IMG/VR virus record: IMGVR_UViG_3300035698_035310
Coordinates: 1-64,000 of that record
Reading direction: 5' to 3' (one strand)
Length of the DNA: 64,000 nt
The notes under the pieces are model-generated. The model saw nothing but the letters and a program-made list of their open reading frames with translations. It searched no databases and was not told the origin of the DNA. Within the stretch, counting starts at the first letter, position 1, and each line of letters begins with the position of its first letter. A program made the position numbers and the translations under genes. This document shows, piece by piece, positions 1 to 10,799 of the stretch.

Positions 1-287
1 ATGGGAATTATGAAATACATTGTTAAAAAATTAAATGAGAAGAAATTTCGCGAAGAAATGGAACGATTTTATAGAAACGAATATGGTAGTGAATGGAACA
101 GATGCGAGAAAATGTATCCATTTAGAACAACAGAATTATTGGTTGATTCCTGCTTTGCAGGTAAAATCTAACACACAAAGGAGACTACGGTTATGACAAA
201 ATATATTAAATGGTGCATGCGTGCAATATGCGATTCGATTGTTAAAAATAACGTTAGATCATTGCCTAATAGCAGAGGATAATAACG

Positions 288-344
288 AAAAAACCTCTTT
301 TTTTGGATAAATACATATACTAGTTATTCAAAAAAGAGGTTTTT
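288..344 (+). promoter_or_regulatory. Late promoter GATAAATA (306-313) inside a hairpin whose 3' arm holds the RBS of ORF 348
   Basis: aaaaacctctttttttgga / ttcaaaaaagaggttttt inverted repeat; T4-type late translational switch. Confidence 0.7.
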
Positions 345-347
345 AAT

Positions 348-1532
348 ATGATACCTATGTGGATTTTCATGGGTTTGGGTGCTTTTTCATTAGCGGCGTG
401 TGCTGCTTTTTTTAGTATTACCGGACTTGCTTCATTATATGCCGCCGCGTTTATACCGGTTGTTATAATGGCGACAGTAGTAGAATACGGAAAAGTAACG
501 GCGACTTTTTGGTTACACCAAAATCATAAAAAAGCCCCAAAGATATGGTGTGTATTATTAACACTGGCAGTTTTGGGCGCAATGGCAGTGACAAGTGGTG
601 GTGTTTATGGATATTTGTCTAAAGGACATCTAGAACAAGAAACACCCATCGTTGATACCAATCTTCAGATAGAACGGATAGATGGCAAGGTAACGTCGCA
701 CAAAAATGCGATAAAACGCGCACAGCAACGAATAGATCAGTTGGATGGCGTTGTGGAAAAGTTGATAGAATATTCTAGAATACGTGGCGCAGATGGCGCA
801 ACGGCGACTCGTAAATCACAAACCGGCGAACGTGCAGAAATGCAAGAATCTATTAATATGGCATATGTTGAAATAGATACATTGATGGAAAAACGATTGC
901 CATTAAGGCGAAAAACCGCAGCAATAGAAGCAAAGCTTGGGCCGGTTAAGTATCTAGCAGAGTTATTTGGCGCGGATACAGATACATCGGTGCAATGGTT
1001 TACGTTATTGATTGTTTTATTGCTCGATCCATTTGCTATTGTTATGGTTATAGCAACTAGTATTAATTATAATGAATGGAAAGAAGAAAAGAATAAAGCA
1101 AAAGACAAAGATGAAAAAACTCAAGCAGCGATAGAAACTATCGAAAATATAGTCGAAGTCATAAAAGAAGTTGAAGTCATAAAAGAAGTTGAAGTCATAA
1201 AAGAAGTTGAAGTTATAAAAGAAATTGAAGTTATAAAAGAAGTTGAAGTTATAAAAGAAGTTGAAGTTATAAAAGAAATTGAAGTTATAAAAGAAGTTGA
1301 AGTTATAAAAGAAGTTGAACCATTAACGATGGACACAATGTCTGATTTTCTTAACGATAAACATGTTCAAGCCGAATTGGTTAAAAATCCAGAACTTATT
1401 GCTACGGTGGAAACAATTTTAGATGAAGCTAAAATCAAAGATGAAAAAACAACATCGGATGGATGGATTTCGCGTATTGGTGAAAATATTAATTTTACAG
1501 CTAATCCCACAAGCACTGACGATACGAAATAA
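348..1532 (+). CDS. Membrane-anchored coiled-coil hypothetical protein with EVIKEV repeat
   Basis: N-terminal hydrophobic helices, coiled coil, further TM near residue 215-240; late promoter upstream. Confidence 0.8.
   Translation: MIPMWIFMGLGAFSLAACAAFFSITGLASLYAAAFIPVVIMATVVEYGKVTATFWLHQNHKKAPKIWCVLLTLAVLGAMAVTSGGVYGYLSKGHLEQETPIVDTNLQIERIDGKVTSHKNAIKRAQQRIDQLDGVVEKLIEYSRIRGADGATATRKSQTGERAEMQESINMAYVEIDTLMEKRLPLRRKTAAIEAKLGPVKYLAELFGADTDTSVQWFTLLIVLLLDPFAIVMVIATSINYNEWKEEKNKAKDKDEKTQAAIETIENIVEVIKEVEVIKEVEVIKEVEVIKEIEVIKEVEVIKEVEVIKEIEVIKEVEVIKEVEPLTMDTMSDFLNDKHVQAELVKNPELIATVETILDEAKIKDEKTTSDGWISRIGENINFTANPTSTDDTK
1155..1316 (+). repeat. Nine tandem 18-nt coding repeats (EVIKEV/EVIKEI)
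   Basis: gaagt(c/t)ataaaagaa(g/a)tt x9, in frame. Confidence 0.95.
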
Positions 1533-1544
1533 TAAATAAAACGA

Positions 1545-1573
1545 TTGACTTGGCGTTAATAACCTGTTATAAC
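1545..1573 (+). promoter_or_regulatory. Sigma70-type promoter for the EF-G operon
   Basis: TTGACT-N17-TATAAC with TG extension. Confidence 0.7.
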
Positions 1574-1617
1574 TCTATACAATCAAATGATAATAATTTT
1601 AAAGTTAGGAACCAATT

Positions 1618-3735
1618 ATGACTAGAATGACAGACCTAAATCGATATAGGAATATCGGCATCGTCGCACACGTCGATGCAGGAAAAACAACAACAACAGA
1701 ACGTATTCTATATTATACTGGTAAAAATCATAAAATAGGTGAGGTGCATGATGGCGAGTCTAAAATGGATCACATGCCGCAGGAATCTGAGCGCGGTATT
1801 ACCATCACTAGTGCTGCTACTACAGTGTTTTGGAATAATCATCGTATTAACATTATTGATACTCCAGGACATGTTGATTTTACTATTGAAGTCAATCGTA
1901 GTTTACGTGTTTTGGACGGTGCGGTGGTTGTATTTGATGCTGTTGCAGGCGTTGAACCTCAATCAGAAACAAATTGGAGATTAGCGGATCAATATAATGT
2001 CCCGCGTATGTGTTTTGTCAACAAAATGGATCGCGATGGTGCAAACTATATTCGTTGTATTACCATGATTAGAGAACGTCTTGGCGCTAAACCGCTTGTG
2101 ACGCAATTGCCTATTGGTTCTTATGAAAAATTTGCTGGCATCGTGAACCTAGTTAAAATGGAAGCATATATCTATAATTCCGAAGACTTGGGAACAGATT
2201 GGGAAACCTATGATGCTGGATCAGATGAATTTGCTGCGGTTGTAGCAAAAATGGACTTACTTCCAGAAGACCAAGTGTTGATGGATTCTATTGCTGATTA
2301 TCGTGAACAACTTCTTGAAGAAGCGGCTTCCGTTGATGAAAAAGCATTGGAAAAATATTTTGAAAATATGGACTTGGATCATGATACACTTATTGCATGT
2401 TTGCGTAAGGGCACGATTGATGGCGACTTTGTTCCTATCCTTTGTGGTTCCGCATTTAAGAACAAAGGTGTTCAGCCATTATTGGATGCAGTTATTGATT
2501 ATATGCCAGCCCCAACAGATGTTGAATCTATTAACACATTGGATGATGATGGTGAAATCAATGGTGATCGTAAATCACGCGATGATGAACCGTTTTCTGC
2601 ACTTGTGTTTAAGGTGGTTAATAATCAATATGGTGAACTTTCATATGCACGTGTATATTCTGGTTTTATTGCCAAGGGGACAAGTGTATTAAATTCAACT
2701 GTTGGAAAAACAGAACGAGTTGGTCGATTGGTTGAAATGCACGCTAATGACATGAATCCGTTGACGGAATGTTATGCTGGCGATATTATTGCTTTTGTTG
2801 GATTGAAAAATGCAACAACCGGTGATACGTTGTGTGCAGTTAATAAACCATGTACGCTAGAGCGTATGGTTTTCCCTGATCCTGTTATCGATATTGCGGT
2901 TGAACCAAAAACAAAAGCCGACCAAGAGAAATTGGGCGTAGCGCTTAGTAAAATGGTCAAAGAAGACCCGTCTTTGCATCTTAAAACAGATGAAGAAACC
3001 GGACAGGTTGTTCTTTCTGGTATGGGCGAATTGCATCTTGAAATCATCATTGACCGCATTCAGCGTGAATATGGCGTCGAAGCAAACATTGGTGCACCAC
3101 AAGTTGCTTACCGTGAGACTATCACTGATACTATCACGCACGTGCAGACACACAAAAAACAAACTGGTGGGTCTGGACAGTTTGCCGAGATCAAGGTAAT
3201 TCTTTCGCCACAAGAACAAGGCGAGGGATTCTTATTTGAAAACACGATTTCTGGTGGTAATGTTCCTAAAGAATATATACCATCAGTAGAACATGGTTTT
3301 AAAATGGCTGCTAATGGTGGTATTCGCGCAGGATATCCTTGTGTTGATTTCAAAGTTACGTTAACCGATGGTAAATATCACGACGTTGATTCTAGCACCA
3401 TGGCTTTCGAAACCTGTGCAGGAGCAGCGTTCCGTGAAGGTATGAAGAAAGCAGGACCGGTCATTCTAGAGCCTGTGATGAAAATCGAAGTTATCACACC
3501 AGATGAATATACTGGCGATGTTATTGGCGATTTGATGCGCAGACGTGGTATGGTTTCTGGACAAGAAATGAGAGCGAATGCAGTTGTTATTAATGCAAGT
3601 GCACCATTGTCAGAAATGTTTGGATACATGACTACATTGCGTTCTATGACTTCTGGACGTGGCACCTTCGCTATGGAACTTGAGAAATACGCAGAACTAC
3701 CAAAGAGTCTTGCTGAAGCAATGGAGATTGATTAA
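1618..3735 (+). CDS. fusA: Elongation factor G
   Basis: [49 protein letters not shown]; full length 705 aa. Confidence 0.98.
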   Translation: MTRMTDLNRYRNIGIVAHVDAGKTTTTERILYYTGKNHKIGEVHDGESKMDHMPQESERGITITSAATTVFWNNHRINIIDTPGHVDFTIEVNRSLRVLDGAVVVFDAVAGVEPQSETNWRLADQYNVPRMCFVNKMDRDGANYIRCITMIRERLGAKPLVTQLPIGSYEKFAGIVNLVKMEAYIYNSEDLGTDWETYDAGSDEFAAVVAKMDLLPEDQVLMDSIADYREQLLEEAASVDEKALEKYFENMDLDHDTLIACLRKGTIDGDFVPILCGSAFKNKGVQPLLDAVIDYMPAPTDVESINTLDDDGEINGDRKSRDDEPFSALVFKVVNNQYGELSYARVYSGFIAKGTSVLNSTVGKTERVGRLVEMHANDMNPLTECYAGDIIAFVGLKNATTGDTLCAVNKPCTLERMVFPDPVIDIAVEPKTKADQEKLGVALSKMVKEDPSLHLKTDEETGQVVLSGMGELHLEIIIDRIQREYGVEANIGAPQVAYRETITDTITHVQTHKKQTGGSGQFAEIKVILSPQEQGEGFLFENTISGGNVPKEYIPSVEHGFKMAANGGIRAGYPCVDFKVTLTDGKYHDVDSSTMAFETCAGAAFREGMKKAGPVILEPVMKIEVITPDEYTGDVIGDLMRRRGMVSGQEMRANAVVINASAPLSEMFGYMTTLRSMTSGRGTFAMELEKYAELPKSLAEAMEID

Positions 3736-3738
3736 CTT

Positions 3739-4248
3739 ATGGCAGATAAAGAGTATGATTATTCTAGCTCACAAATAAACATGAATGAAGAATGGACTTC
3801 TATTTTTCTTGATCGTGGGCGAGAATTAATATCAAAAAAAGATTTATCCGGTACGGGTTTAGAAACTAATCCACATGTAACTGTTTTATATGGGATTCAC
3901 GATCTAGACCCGTCCCCGAAAATCGTAGATATCATTGAAACTTATCCAAGGTTTAATATTACACTTGGTGCCGTTTCGTTATTTAAAGAGGATGCTTTTA
4001 ATGTAGTCAAAGTCGATGTTGAAAGTTCTGATTTATATTCATTGCGTGGCGCATTCATGAATAATTGTTATTTTACAGACAAACATCCTGAATATATTCC
4101 ACATATGACAGTGGGTTTCGTTAAACCAGAGTCGTGCAATCATTTAGATGGCAGTCTTGCATTTAAAGGTATGTCGTTTGTGGCAGAAGAAGTAGTTTAT
4201 AGTTGTAAAGATGGTGTCAAACGATTTTTAACATTGGGTTTGCGATAA
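3739..4248 (+). CDS. 2H phosphoesterase (LigT/Acb1-like fold)
   Basis: Two HxT motifs: PHVTVLYG and PHMTVGF. Confidence 0.8.
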   Translation: MADKEYDYSSSQINMNEEWTSIFLDRGRELISKKDLSGTGLETNPHVTVLYGIHDLDPSPKIVDIIETYPRFNITLGAVSLFKEDAFNVVKVDVESSDLYSLRGAFMNNCYFTDKHPEYIPHMTVGFVKPESCNHLDGSLAFKGMSFVAEEVVYSCKDGVKRFLTLGLR

Positions 4249-4764
4249 ATGAATGAAGCGTGGAATAACGAAGTTAAAGTAAATTTTACAACAGTAACAG
4301 TCCCCATACTATACACGCCAAATAATGGTGTTAAAATATTTTTAGCAGGAAGTATTGATCCTGATAACGATAACCATTGGCGCAATTTAATCCAAAAATA
4401 TATTAAAGGTTATTGGTTTGATGCTGAAGATAATAACGACAGTATCACTATATATAGCCCACGAAGAGATGAAGATTGGTCTGATGACTTTGAGACAGAG
4501 CAGGCAACGTGGGATGTCGCCATGATGAAATCTGCGGATTATATAATAATGCATTTGACTGGAGAATCGGTTTCGCCGGTATCTTTATTAGAACTTGGAT
4601 TATTTTTATCAAATGATAAAATGTTTGTGACTATTGATGATGATTATGTAAGAAAACATATTGCAGATTTGCATGTTTCCTGTTATGGTTATAATACGAT
4701 ATCTAAATCATTGTATCATACGGTAGAACGTATTAAGAATAATTGGAATAACAGAACGAGGTAA
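4249..4764 (+). CDS. Nucleoside 2-deoxyribosyltransferase-like protein
   Basis: IFLAGSID...W, YSPRR, Q..W, ADYII, SPVSLLELGL. Confidence 0.8.
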   Translation: MNEAWNNEVKVNFTTVTVPILYTPNNGVKIFLAGSIDPDNDNHWRNLIQKYIKGYWFDAEDNNDSITIYSPRRDEDWSDDFETEQATWDVAMMKSADYIIMHLTGESVSPVSLLELGLFLSNDKMFVTIDDDYVRKHIADLHVSCYGYNTISKSLYHTVERIKNNWNNRTR

Positions 4765-4767
4765 CTA

Positions 4768-5928
4768 ATGAGCAATAATGAAAATGACGAAATGAAAGAT
4801 TTTTTTGGTAAAGCCGGTACACAATCATCTGGTAGATCGCCATCACCGAAAGCACAAGGAAGTTCCGCCGAGACCGTAGAAGTAGCATCAGACGGCGATG
4901 TATCGATGACACATGGTGGCATTGTAACAGAAGATGCAGAACGCCGTTGGGCTGCTAACGATCAAAATTTTTGGGCATGTTCAGCAACGTATGATAATAT
5001 ACCCGCTGGATTGTATAAACCAAAGCATAGTAACAATATTGGTCACTATTTAGAAAAACAAATTGTAGATACTGACGAGTTGTTATATTTACCAGACACT
5101 GCAAGTGAATCAGTGATTGAAGAAATTGAAAAATTTTGGACTTTAAAAGATCAATTCAACGAGCGTGGATTTATTCACAAACGTGGCATATTGATGTGGG
5201 GCGACCCTGGTTCTGGAAAAACCGCAACCATTCAACTTATGATTAAAAGCATTATTGAATCTGGTGGCTTGGCTATCTTTGCACAGCATCCAGATATCAC
5301 AACTGCGTGTTTGCAAATGATTCGTCGCATCGAACCAGACCGCAAAATCATCGTAGTTTTAGAAGACTTTGAATCAATGGTTCGTGAATTCGGCGATTCT
5401 GAATTCCTTGCTATGTTGGACGGTGAAAGTCAAGTTGGCGACGTTGTATTTGTCGCAACTACCAATTATCCAGAAAAACTCGATAAGCGTTTCATTGACC
5501 GACCAAGTCGTTTTGATACAATTAAGAAAATTGGTATGCCGACTGCCGCTGCTAGAGAATTCTACCTATCACACAAAGAAAGCACTTTGGTTGGCGAAGA
5601 ATTGGCACATTGGGTTAAGAGTTCTAAGGGTATGAGTATTGCACACCTTAAAGAAATGATCATATCCAATAGATGTTATGGTATTCCTATCGAAAAAGTT
5701 ATCAAGCGTTTGGACTTCATGAAAAAGCGTGATATTTCTAGCGATGACGCTATAGATAAAAATGGTGATAAATTTGGTTTCGATAACGCATCAGCAAATG
5801 ATGACGATTCTGATTCTGGTGGTTCTGTTGGTTTTACACCACCTGCTACAAAACCTAAAAAAACACCAAAAATAGAAAAAAAGCCGAAAAAATCTAAAAC
5901 AACAAAGACGACGAAGAAAGCCGCTTAA
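4768..5928 (+). CDS. AAA+ ATPase with Lys-rich C-tail
   Basis: Walker A GDPGSGKT, Walker B VVLED, ATTNYPEKLD..RPSRFD. Confidence 0.9.
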   Translation: MSNNENDEMKDFFGKAGTQSSGRSPSPKAQGSSAETVEVASDGDVSMTHGGIVTEDAERRWAANDQNFWACSATYDNIPAGLYKPKHSNNIGHYLEKQIVDTDELLYLPDTASESVIEEIEKFWTLKDQFNERGFIHKRGILMWGDPGSGKTATIQLMIKSIIESGGLAIFAQHPDITTACLQMIRRIEPDRKIIVVLEDFESMVREFGDSEFLAMLDGESQVGDVVFVATTNYPEKLDKRFIDRPSRFDTIKKIGMPTAAAREFYLSHKESTLVGEELAHWVKSSKGMSIAHLKEMIISNRCYGIPIEKVIKRLDFMKKRDISSDDAIDKNGDKFGFDNASANDDDSDSGGSVGFTPPATKPKKTPKIEKKPKKSKTTKTTKKAA

Positions 5929-5981
5929 CCGGTTGAAATAATAAATAAAAATAGTATAATAACGTATAAAAAAGGTATTTC

Positions 5982-7241
5982 ATGACGGATAATGATGCGA
6001 ATGTTAAATGTTCTTTTTGTGAAAAAACAAAAGAAGACGTAAAAAAAATAATAGCAGGACACAGTGTTTATATATGCGATGAATGTGTAGACGTTTGTCA
6101 TCAGATAATATTAGAGGATGTCGTTCCTTCTGTTAAGTTGGACGGATCGGTTCCAAGCCCAAGACAAATTAAAGAGTTCTTGGATATGTACGTTATTGCG
6201 CAAGATTATGCTAAAACTGTATTAGCGGTGGCGGTACACAATCATTATAAGCGGCTAGAACATCCGGTTATTGATGATGTGGAAATCCAAAAAAGTAATG
6301 TTTTACTTATCGGACCAACTGGTTGTGGTAAAACATTACTGGCGCAAACTATATCACGCATGTTAGATGTACCATTTGCTATGGCGGATGCAACAAGTTT
6401 AACCGAGGCTGGATATGTTGGCGATGATGTAGAAAATATAATTGTGAAATTATATCAATCTGCTGATGGAGATATTGAGAAGACACAGCGTGGGATTGTA
6501 TATATCGATGAAATCGATAAACTTTCCCGACGCGGTGATTCAGCAAGCATTACACGCGATGTTGGCGGTGAAGGTGTCCAGCAAGCAATTCTTAAAGTTA
6601 TTGAAGGAACTGTTTGTAGAATTCCACCAGAAGGTGGAAGAAAGCACCCGAATCAAGAAATGGTAGAAATCGATACTACAAATATATTGTTTATTTTGGG
6701 TGGTGCATTTGTAGGATTGGATAAATTAATAGAAAGTCGTTCAAATGATGGAGTAAATATTGGCTTTGGTGCTGATGTTAAAGAAGTTCAAACAACTCAT
6801 AAAGATTTGAGCCATTTCTTAGAAGATATACAATCAACCGATTTACATAAGTTTGGCATGATACCGGAATTTGTTGGCAGAGCGCCAGTTCGTGCACCAT
6901 TGCGCGAATTGACTGAACCACAATTGGTATTAGTTCAACAAGAACCAAAAAATGCGATAACGCGCCAGTTTATAAAAATGTTTAGTTTAGAAAATATTGA
7001 ATTGGAATTCAGTGATGATGCATTGAAGTCTATTGCTAAAATGTGTATCGAAGATGGAACAGGTGCCCGTGGACTTAGAAGTATATATGAAAAACGATTA
7101 TTGCAAGTTCAATATGATCTACCAGAATTATCACAAAAAGGGTTAGAAAAAATAATTATCACCAATGAATTCATCAATGGTGATACTGATACCCCTATTA
7201 TGGTTTATGATACTAACACGCAGGATCAACCCGCCAATTAA
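5982..7241 (+). CDS. clpX: ATP-dependent Clp protease ATP-binding subunit ClpX
   Basis: CSFC...CDEC zinc finger, GPTGCGKT, DEIDK, RKHP, GARGL. Confidence 0.97.
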   Translation: MTDNDANVKCSFCEKTKEDVKKIIAGHSVYICDECVDVCHQIILEDVVPSVKLDGSVPSPRQIKEFLDMYVIAQDYAKTVLAVAVHNHYKRLEHPVIDDVEIQKSNVLLIGPTGCGKTLLAQTISRMLDVPFAMADATSLTEAGYVGDDVENIIVKLYQSADGDIEKTQRGIVYIDEIDKLSRRGDSASITRDVGGEGVQQAILKVIEGTVCRIPPEGGRKHPNQEMVEIDTTNILFILGGAFVGLDKLIESRSNDGVNIGFGADVKEVQTTHKDLSHFLEDIQSTDLHKFGMIPEFVGRAPVRAPLRELTEPQLVLVQQEPKNAITRQFIKMFSLENIELEFSDDALKSIAKMCIEDGTGARGLRSIYEKRLLQVQYDLPELSQKGLEKIIITNEFINGDTDTPIMVYDTNTQDQPAN

Positions 7242-7312
7242 TCCTTGACAATAAATTTTATATATGTATAATGAAATGATTGTATAATATTAATTGATCG
7301 AGGAGACCTAAT

Positions 7313-8488
7313 ATGAAACGGATTTATATGTTTCCGCTTTTTGGCATCATTGCATTGTTTTTTGCTATTACGCCACAAAAAGTGCAAGTTACACAAACTG
7401 TTGACGCCGGAGTATCAATTTCGGTTGAAGACAATACAGCAGAGGCAGGCAAGCGTTCAAGTAAACGTTCGAAGCCAAGGCGTGCGACCAAAAAACGAAC
7501 TTCGCGACCCAAATCGCGACCCACCAAACGAAAGACAACTAAGAAAAAAAAGGGTTGTACTTCTAATTGCACCAAAGGTGGTAGTGCAGGCAAGTTGAAT
7601 ACCAAAAAACTTTTCAAAAAAGGTGATTCAAAAGGTAAAGCAACGGCTGCAAAAGAACGCAAAAAAGCACCAAAGGCAGTTAAGACGACTAAAGCGAAAT
7701 CCACTTCAAGACCAACGGCTAAGAAGTCAAAACCCGTTGCTAAGGTTGGTTCTAAATCACGTCCTGTGATGAAAAAGTCTAAAAAGAAAGCGGTTACAGC
7801 ATAACGTGCTAAATCAGTTTCAGCGCCACAGGCAAGAAAATCACGTATGACTGCGAATAAGACTCGCGCAAGTAAGACGATGCGTTCACGAACACGTGCA
7901 CAAAGCCGAAATATGCGTTCTACGCGAGGTTATTACCCATCACGCTATCAATATAGCCGAAATCGACATTATGCCTCTTATGATAACTATGGTTGGGGTT
8001 ATGGATATATGCCAGGTAGAACTTATCACAGAGGTTGGGGCAATTATGGTTATGGTTATACGCGTGGCGGATTAGGCGTTGTTGACTATATGGTATTGTA
8101 TTCCATCTTTGGACACAGCAATACTTCAAGTGGTGATACGGTTGTTAACAACACATATGTTATCAACGGTGAAGAATCAGAAGTTACTGCGGTTCCAGAA
8201 GGTTCACATCTTGCCGGATTCGGTGATAAGAAAACATTGACTGTTCCTTCTGAGGATGGTGATGAAGTTATCGAAATCCCTGCTGGAAGCACGTATACAC
8301 AAACCGACAATGGTTTGCTGATTACTACACCAGACGGCGTTTCGGTGTTAGTGCCAAATGGCGATGATGCATATAAAGCGGAAGATGGATATGAAGTTCC
8401 AGAAGAAGCCGCTGAACCAATGGTATACGACGAACTTAAAGAAGCGAGTGCCGCAGAAGCGGATGAGCCTTGGTATAAGGTTTGGTAG
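7313..8488 (+). pseudogene. Secreted/membrane Lys-Arg-rich protein interrupted by in-frame TAA at 7802-7804 (ORFs 7313-7804 and 7847-8488 are one frame)
   Basis: ...KKAVTA*RAKSVSAPQARKSRMTANK: same low-complexity composition on both sides of the stop; N-terminal signal/TM. Confidence 0.65.
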
Positions 8489-8496
8489 AATAAAAA

Positions 8497-8535
8497 TGGG
8501 TGATCGCAATAAATGTGATCACCCACAATTTTAAT
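8497..8535 (+). terminator. Intrinsic terminator-like hairpin
   Basis: tgggtgatcgc/gtgatcaccca followed by T-rich tract. Confidence 0.6.
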
Positions 8536-8552
8536 AAAAAGGAGAATAGTTT

Positions 8553-9137
8553 ATGGAACCTGCATTTATAGTGTTTGGTGGTACGGTGTTTTATACAATA
8601 GTGGCAATTGTTTTTGTTGCATTGTTGGTGTTTATTGAATATGATATGGGTTGGGGTGCCTCGATAGTTACGCTAGCCGCAGTTTTGGCATTGACGTTCG
8701 GTGTAGAGATTAATATTTTTGTTTGGACATTGGCAAATCCATGGCTTGCGTTTAAATATTTGGTATATTATTTTGCCCTTGGAACTGGTTGGGCAATCGC
8801 TAAATGGTGCTTTTACTGTTTCAAATTGCGTCCGATTATTAAAGATGCAAAGATTAAATTTTTGAATACCCATAAGATAGCTGGTGATAAAATTCCTGTT
8901 GATAAAAAAGACGAATTTGCTAAAACAGTGACAGGCGATCCTTATTATACTGATAAAAATTATCCGCCACAATCAATGGAACATAAATCGGATTGGTTAA
9001 TGTGGGCAACTTGGTGGCCTACATCATTTTTCTGGACCATATTGAATCAACCGATTAAAAATGCATGGTTATTCATATATTCAAGAATTGCTGGAACAAT
9101 GCAACATATTGCAAATAAAATAACGTTGGTTGATTAA
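8553..9137 (+). CDS. Hypothetical multi-pass membrane protein
   Basis: AGGAG RBS, several hydrophobic segments. Confidence 0.8.
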   Translation: MEPAFIVFGGTVFYTIVAIVFVALLVFIEYDMGWGASIVTLAAVLALTFGVEINIFVWTLANPWLAFKYLVYYFALGTGWAIAKWCFYCFKLRPIIKDAKIKFLNTHKIAGDKIPVDKKDEFAKTVTGDPYYTDKNYPPQSMEHKSDWLMWATWWPTSFFWTILNQPIKNAWLFIYSRIAGTMQHIANKITLVD

Positions 9138-9160
9138 TATAACTGAATATGAGTTAGGTA

Positions 9161-9228
9161 AGTCCTTGGGATCACGTGCCGAGAGTTATTAGCATAAGCA
9201 ACGTGTGTCGTTGCCGCCCCAAGGGACT
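9161..9228 (+). ncRNA. Candidate small structured RNA
   Basis: agtccttggg/cccaagggact end pairing with one bulge; inner cacgt/acgtg helix. Confidence 0.35.
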
Positions 9229-9363
9229 GCCATGTTCTATTATACACTTGAAAAAATTTATTGAGTTTAAAAGGATTTATGCACATTATGGTATCTAGCA
9301 CCCGCATCCATGCATGGATGTTGAAGCCGGTGATTTAATCCAATAAATTTTTTCACTTTTTTA

Positions 9364-9392
9364 TTGACAATGTAATCGATATTTGATATATT
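9364..9392 (+). promoter_or_regulatory. Sigma70-type promoter of ncRNA block 1
   Basis: TTGACA-N17-TATATT. Confidence 0.75.
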
Positions 9393-9397
9393 ATAAG

Positions 9398-9747
9398 AAC
9401 GTTGGGACTGCGATCCCAATTGCACGGAGATGCAGTTTTCCCCCAATTGTGTTGCTGGGTTAACACACCATTCTGATGATGCACAGATAAAATTGCATTT
9501 CGCTAGGTATTCCGATCAATATACCTCGTTTGGTTTTACGTTAAAAACACTGTATTATGATAACACAGTGAATAATCAATAGTTTTGTTTAGTTTCCCTT
9601 TAAGAATTAAACTAGGTCGTAAGTTCCGAAATCAGTTTAATCATATTAATGGTTAAGACCTTTCGCAAAGGAATAGCTTATATCTAAAATCACGAAAGTG
9701 AGCATGGTGATTGAATCCGATATCAGATTAATTACCATGTAGATCGA
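9398..9747 (+). ncRNA. Candidate multi-hairpin ncRNA (block 1), ends at AGATCGA
   Basis: About ten consecutive hairpins e.g. ttggga/tcccaa, aggtat/atacct, cactgt/acagtg, cac-GAAA-gtg, catggtgatt/aattaccatg; no ORF. Confidence 0.6.
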
Positions 9748-9763
9748 ACAAAGGAGATAATTA

Positions 9764-9994
9764 GTGGAATTAAAATATGCAAAAGAACGATTTGGTGATA
9801 GTTTAACGTGTGGTTATTGTGGGATTGATCCTTTTGAAGAATTGTCATGGTTCGAAAAATTTTTTAATACACGCGGTGATAATTTTTCTTTTTTATATAA
9901 ACAATTGATGGAAGAAAGTTGTGTTATAGATTTGACGTGTGATAAATGTGGAAATAAATCATCGTTAACAAAAGATATGATTAATCATGATTAA
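9764..9994 (+). CDS. Small CxxC...CxxC zinc-ribbon hypothetical protein
   Basis: AAGGAG RBS; CGYC and CDKC. Confidence 0.65.
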   Translation: MELKYAKERFGDSLTCGYCGIDPFEELSWFEKFFNTRGDNFSFLYKQLMEESCVIDLTCDKCGNKSSLTKDMINHD

Positions 9995-10047
9995 TCAAAA
10001 AAGCAAAAAAATGCATTTGATAAAACACGATTAATCAAAAATAACTG

Positions 10048-10076
10048 TTGACAATGCATTAATTTTATGGTATTTT
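10048..10076 (+). promoter_or_regulatory. Sigma70-type promoter of ncRNA block 2, preceded by three GATTAATC palindromes (9979, 9989, 10029)
   Basis: TTGACA-N17-TATTTT with TG extension. Confidence 0.65.
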
Positions 10077-10148
10077 AGTCAAAATGAACAAAACAACGGG
10101 TATTTTAGCGTATTTTAATATACGGTTATAAATACCCACTAGATCGAT

Positions 10149-10285
10149 CATTGCTGCGTAGTTATTGGTTACTTCGATATAAAACAGCAAAGACATGGTG
10201 GAAATCCATGACGGTAGGGGAAACCCAACTATGAGAATTGCGCTATACTGATTGTTGACAAAACTGTTTTTTTAAGTGGCGAATG
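10149..10285 (+). ncRNA. Y-RNA-like element 1 (with T-loop arm)
   Basis: GCGTAG-N6-GTTACTTCG; catgg-TGGAAAT-ccatg arm; weaker end pairing. Confidence 0.5.
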
Positions 10286-10734
10286 CGCTTAATAAGATAG
10301 GGATGAGATTCTCGGGAAGTAATTCGAAATCACTCAGAAGAGTGGGTCCAATTGCGATATTTCACAATGGTCGAACAAATTTATTAAGAAGTTGCCTGAA
10401 TTTGAAATAACGGTAACAGATGACAAGCATATCAAAATGCTCTGGTTGTAGGCGGTAGGAAGTATAGACTCTCTTATCATGTCATGGAGGAACGGGCTTT
10501 AATATAGCTGAAAAGCGTATATAAAGGGTTCATTGGCTGAAAGCCTTTGATGTAGCTGTGGACGTTCAAGGGTGGTGGCACCATGACACTAGATCGAATA
10601 AAAGAACGTGGTCGTGCGATAAGGCGCGGGGTGGGTACCAGGACTCCACCGAAACAGATCGAACACTGGATAGGATAATCGGGACGGCCTCCGACCTATC
10701 GACGGATTAATATCCTTAGCCGATTAATAAATTC

Positions 10735-10799
10735 TGCCGTTGCGTAGAGATAAGATACTTCGATTGATGAAAACAGCTTATTTCGTTACTTTCTCGGCG
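10735..10799 (+). ncRNA. Y-RNA-like element 2 (short)
   Basis: GCGTAG-N6-GATACTTCG; gagataag/cttatttc and tgccg/cggcg helices. Confidence 0.65.

Noticed and set aside
1155-1316. CRISPR-like array
   Set aside because: Contiguous in-frame 18-mers with no spacers; no cas genes in the window.
9979-10036. CtrA boxes in the GATTAATC repeats
   Set aside because: TTAA half-sites are 6 nt apart, not 7; kept only as unexplained palindromes.
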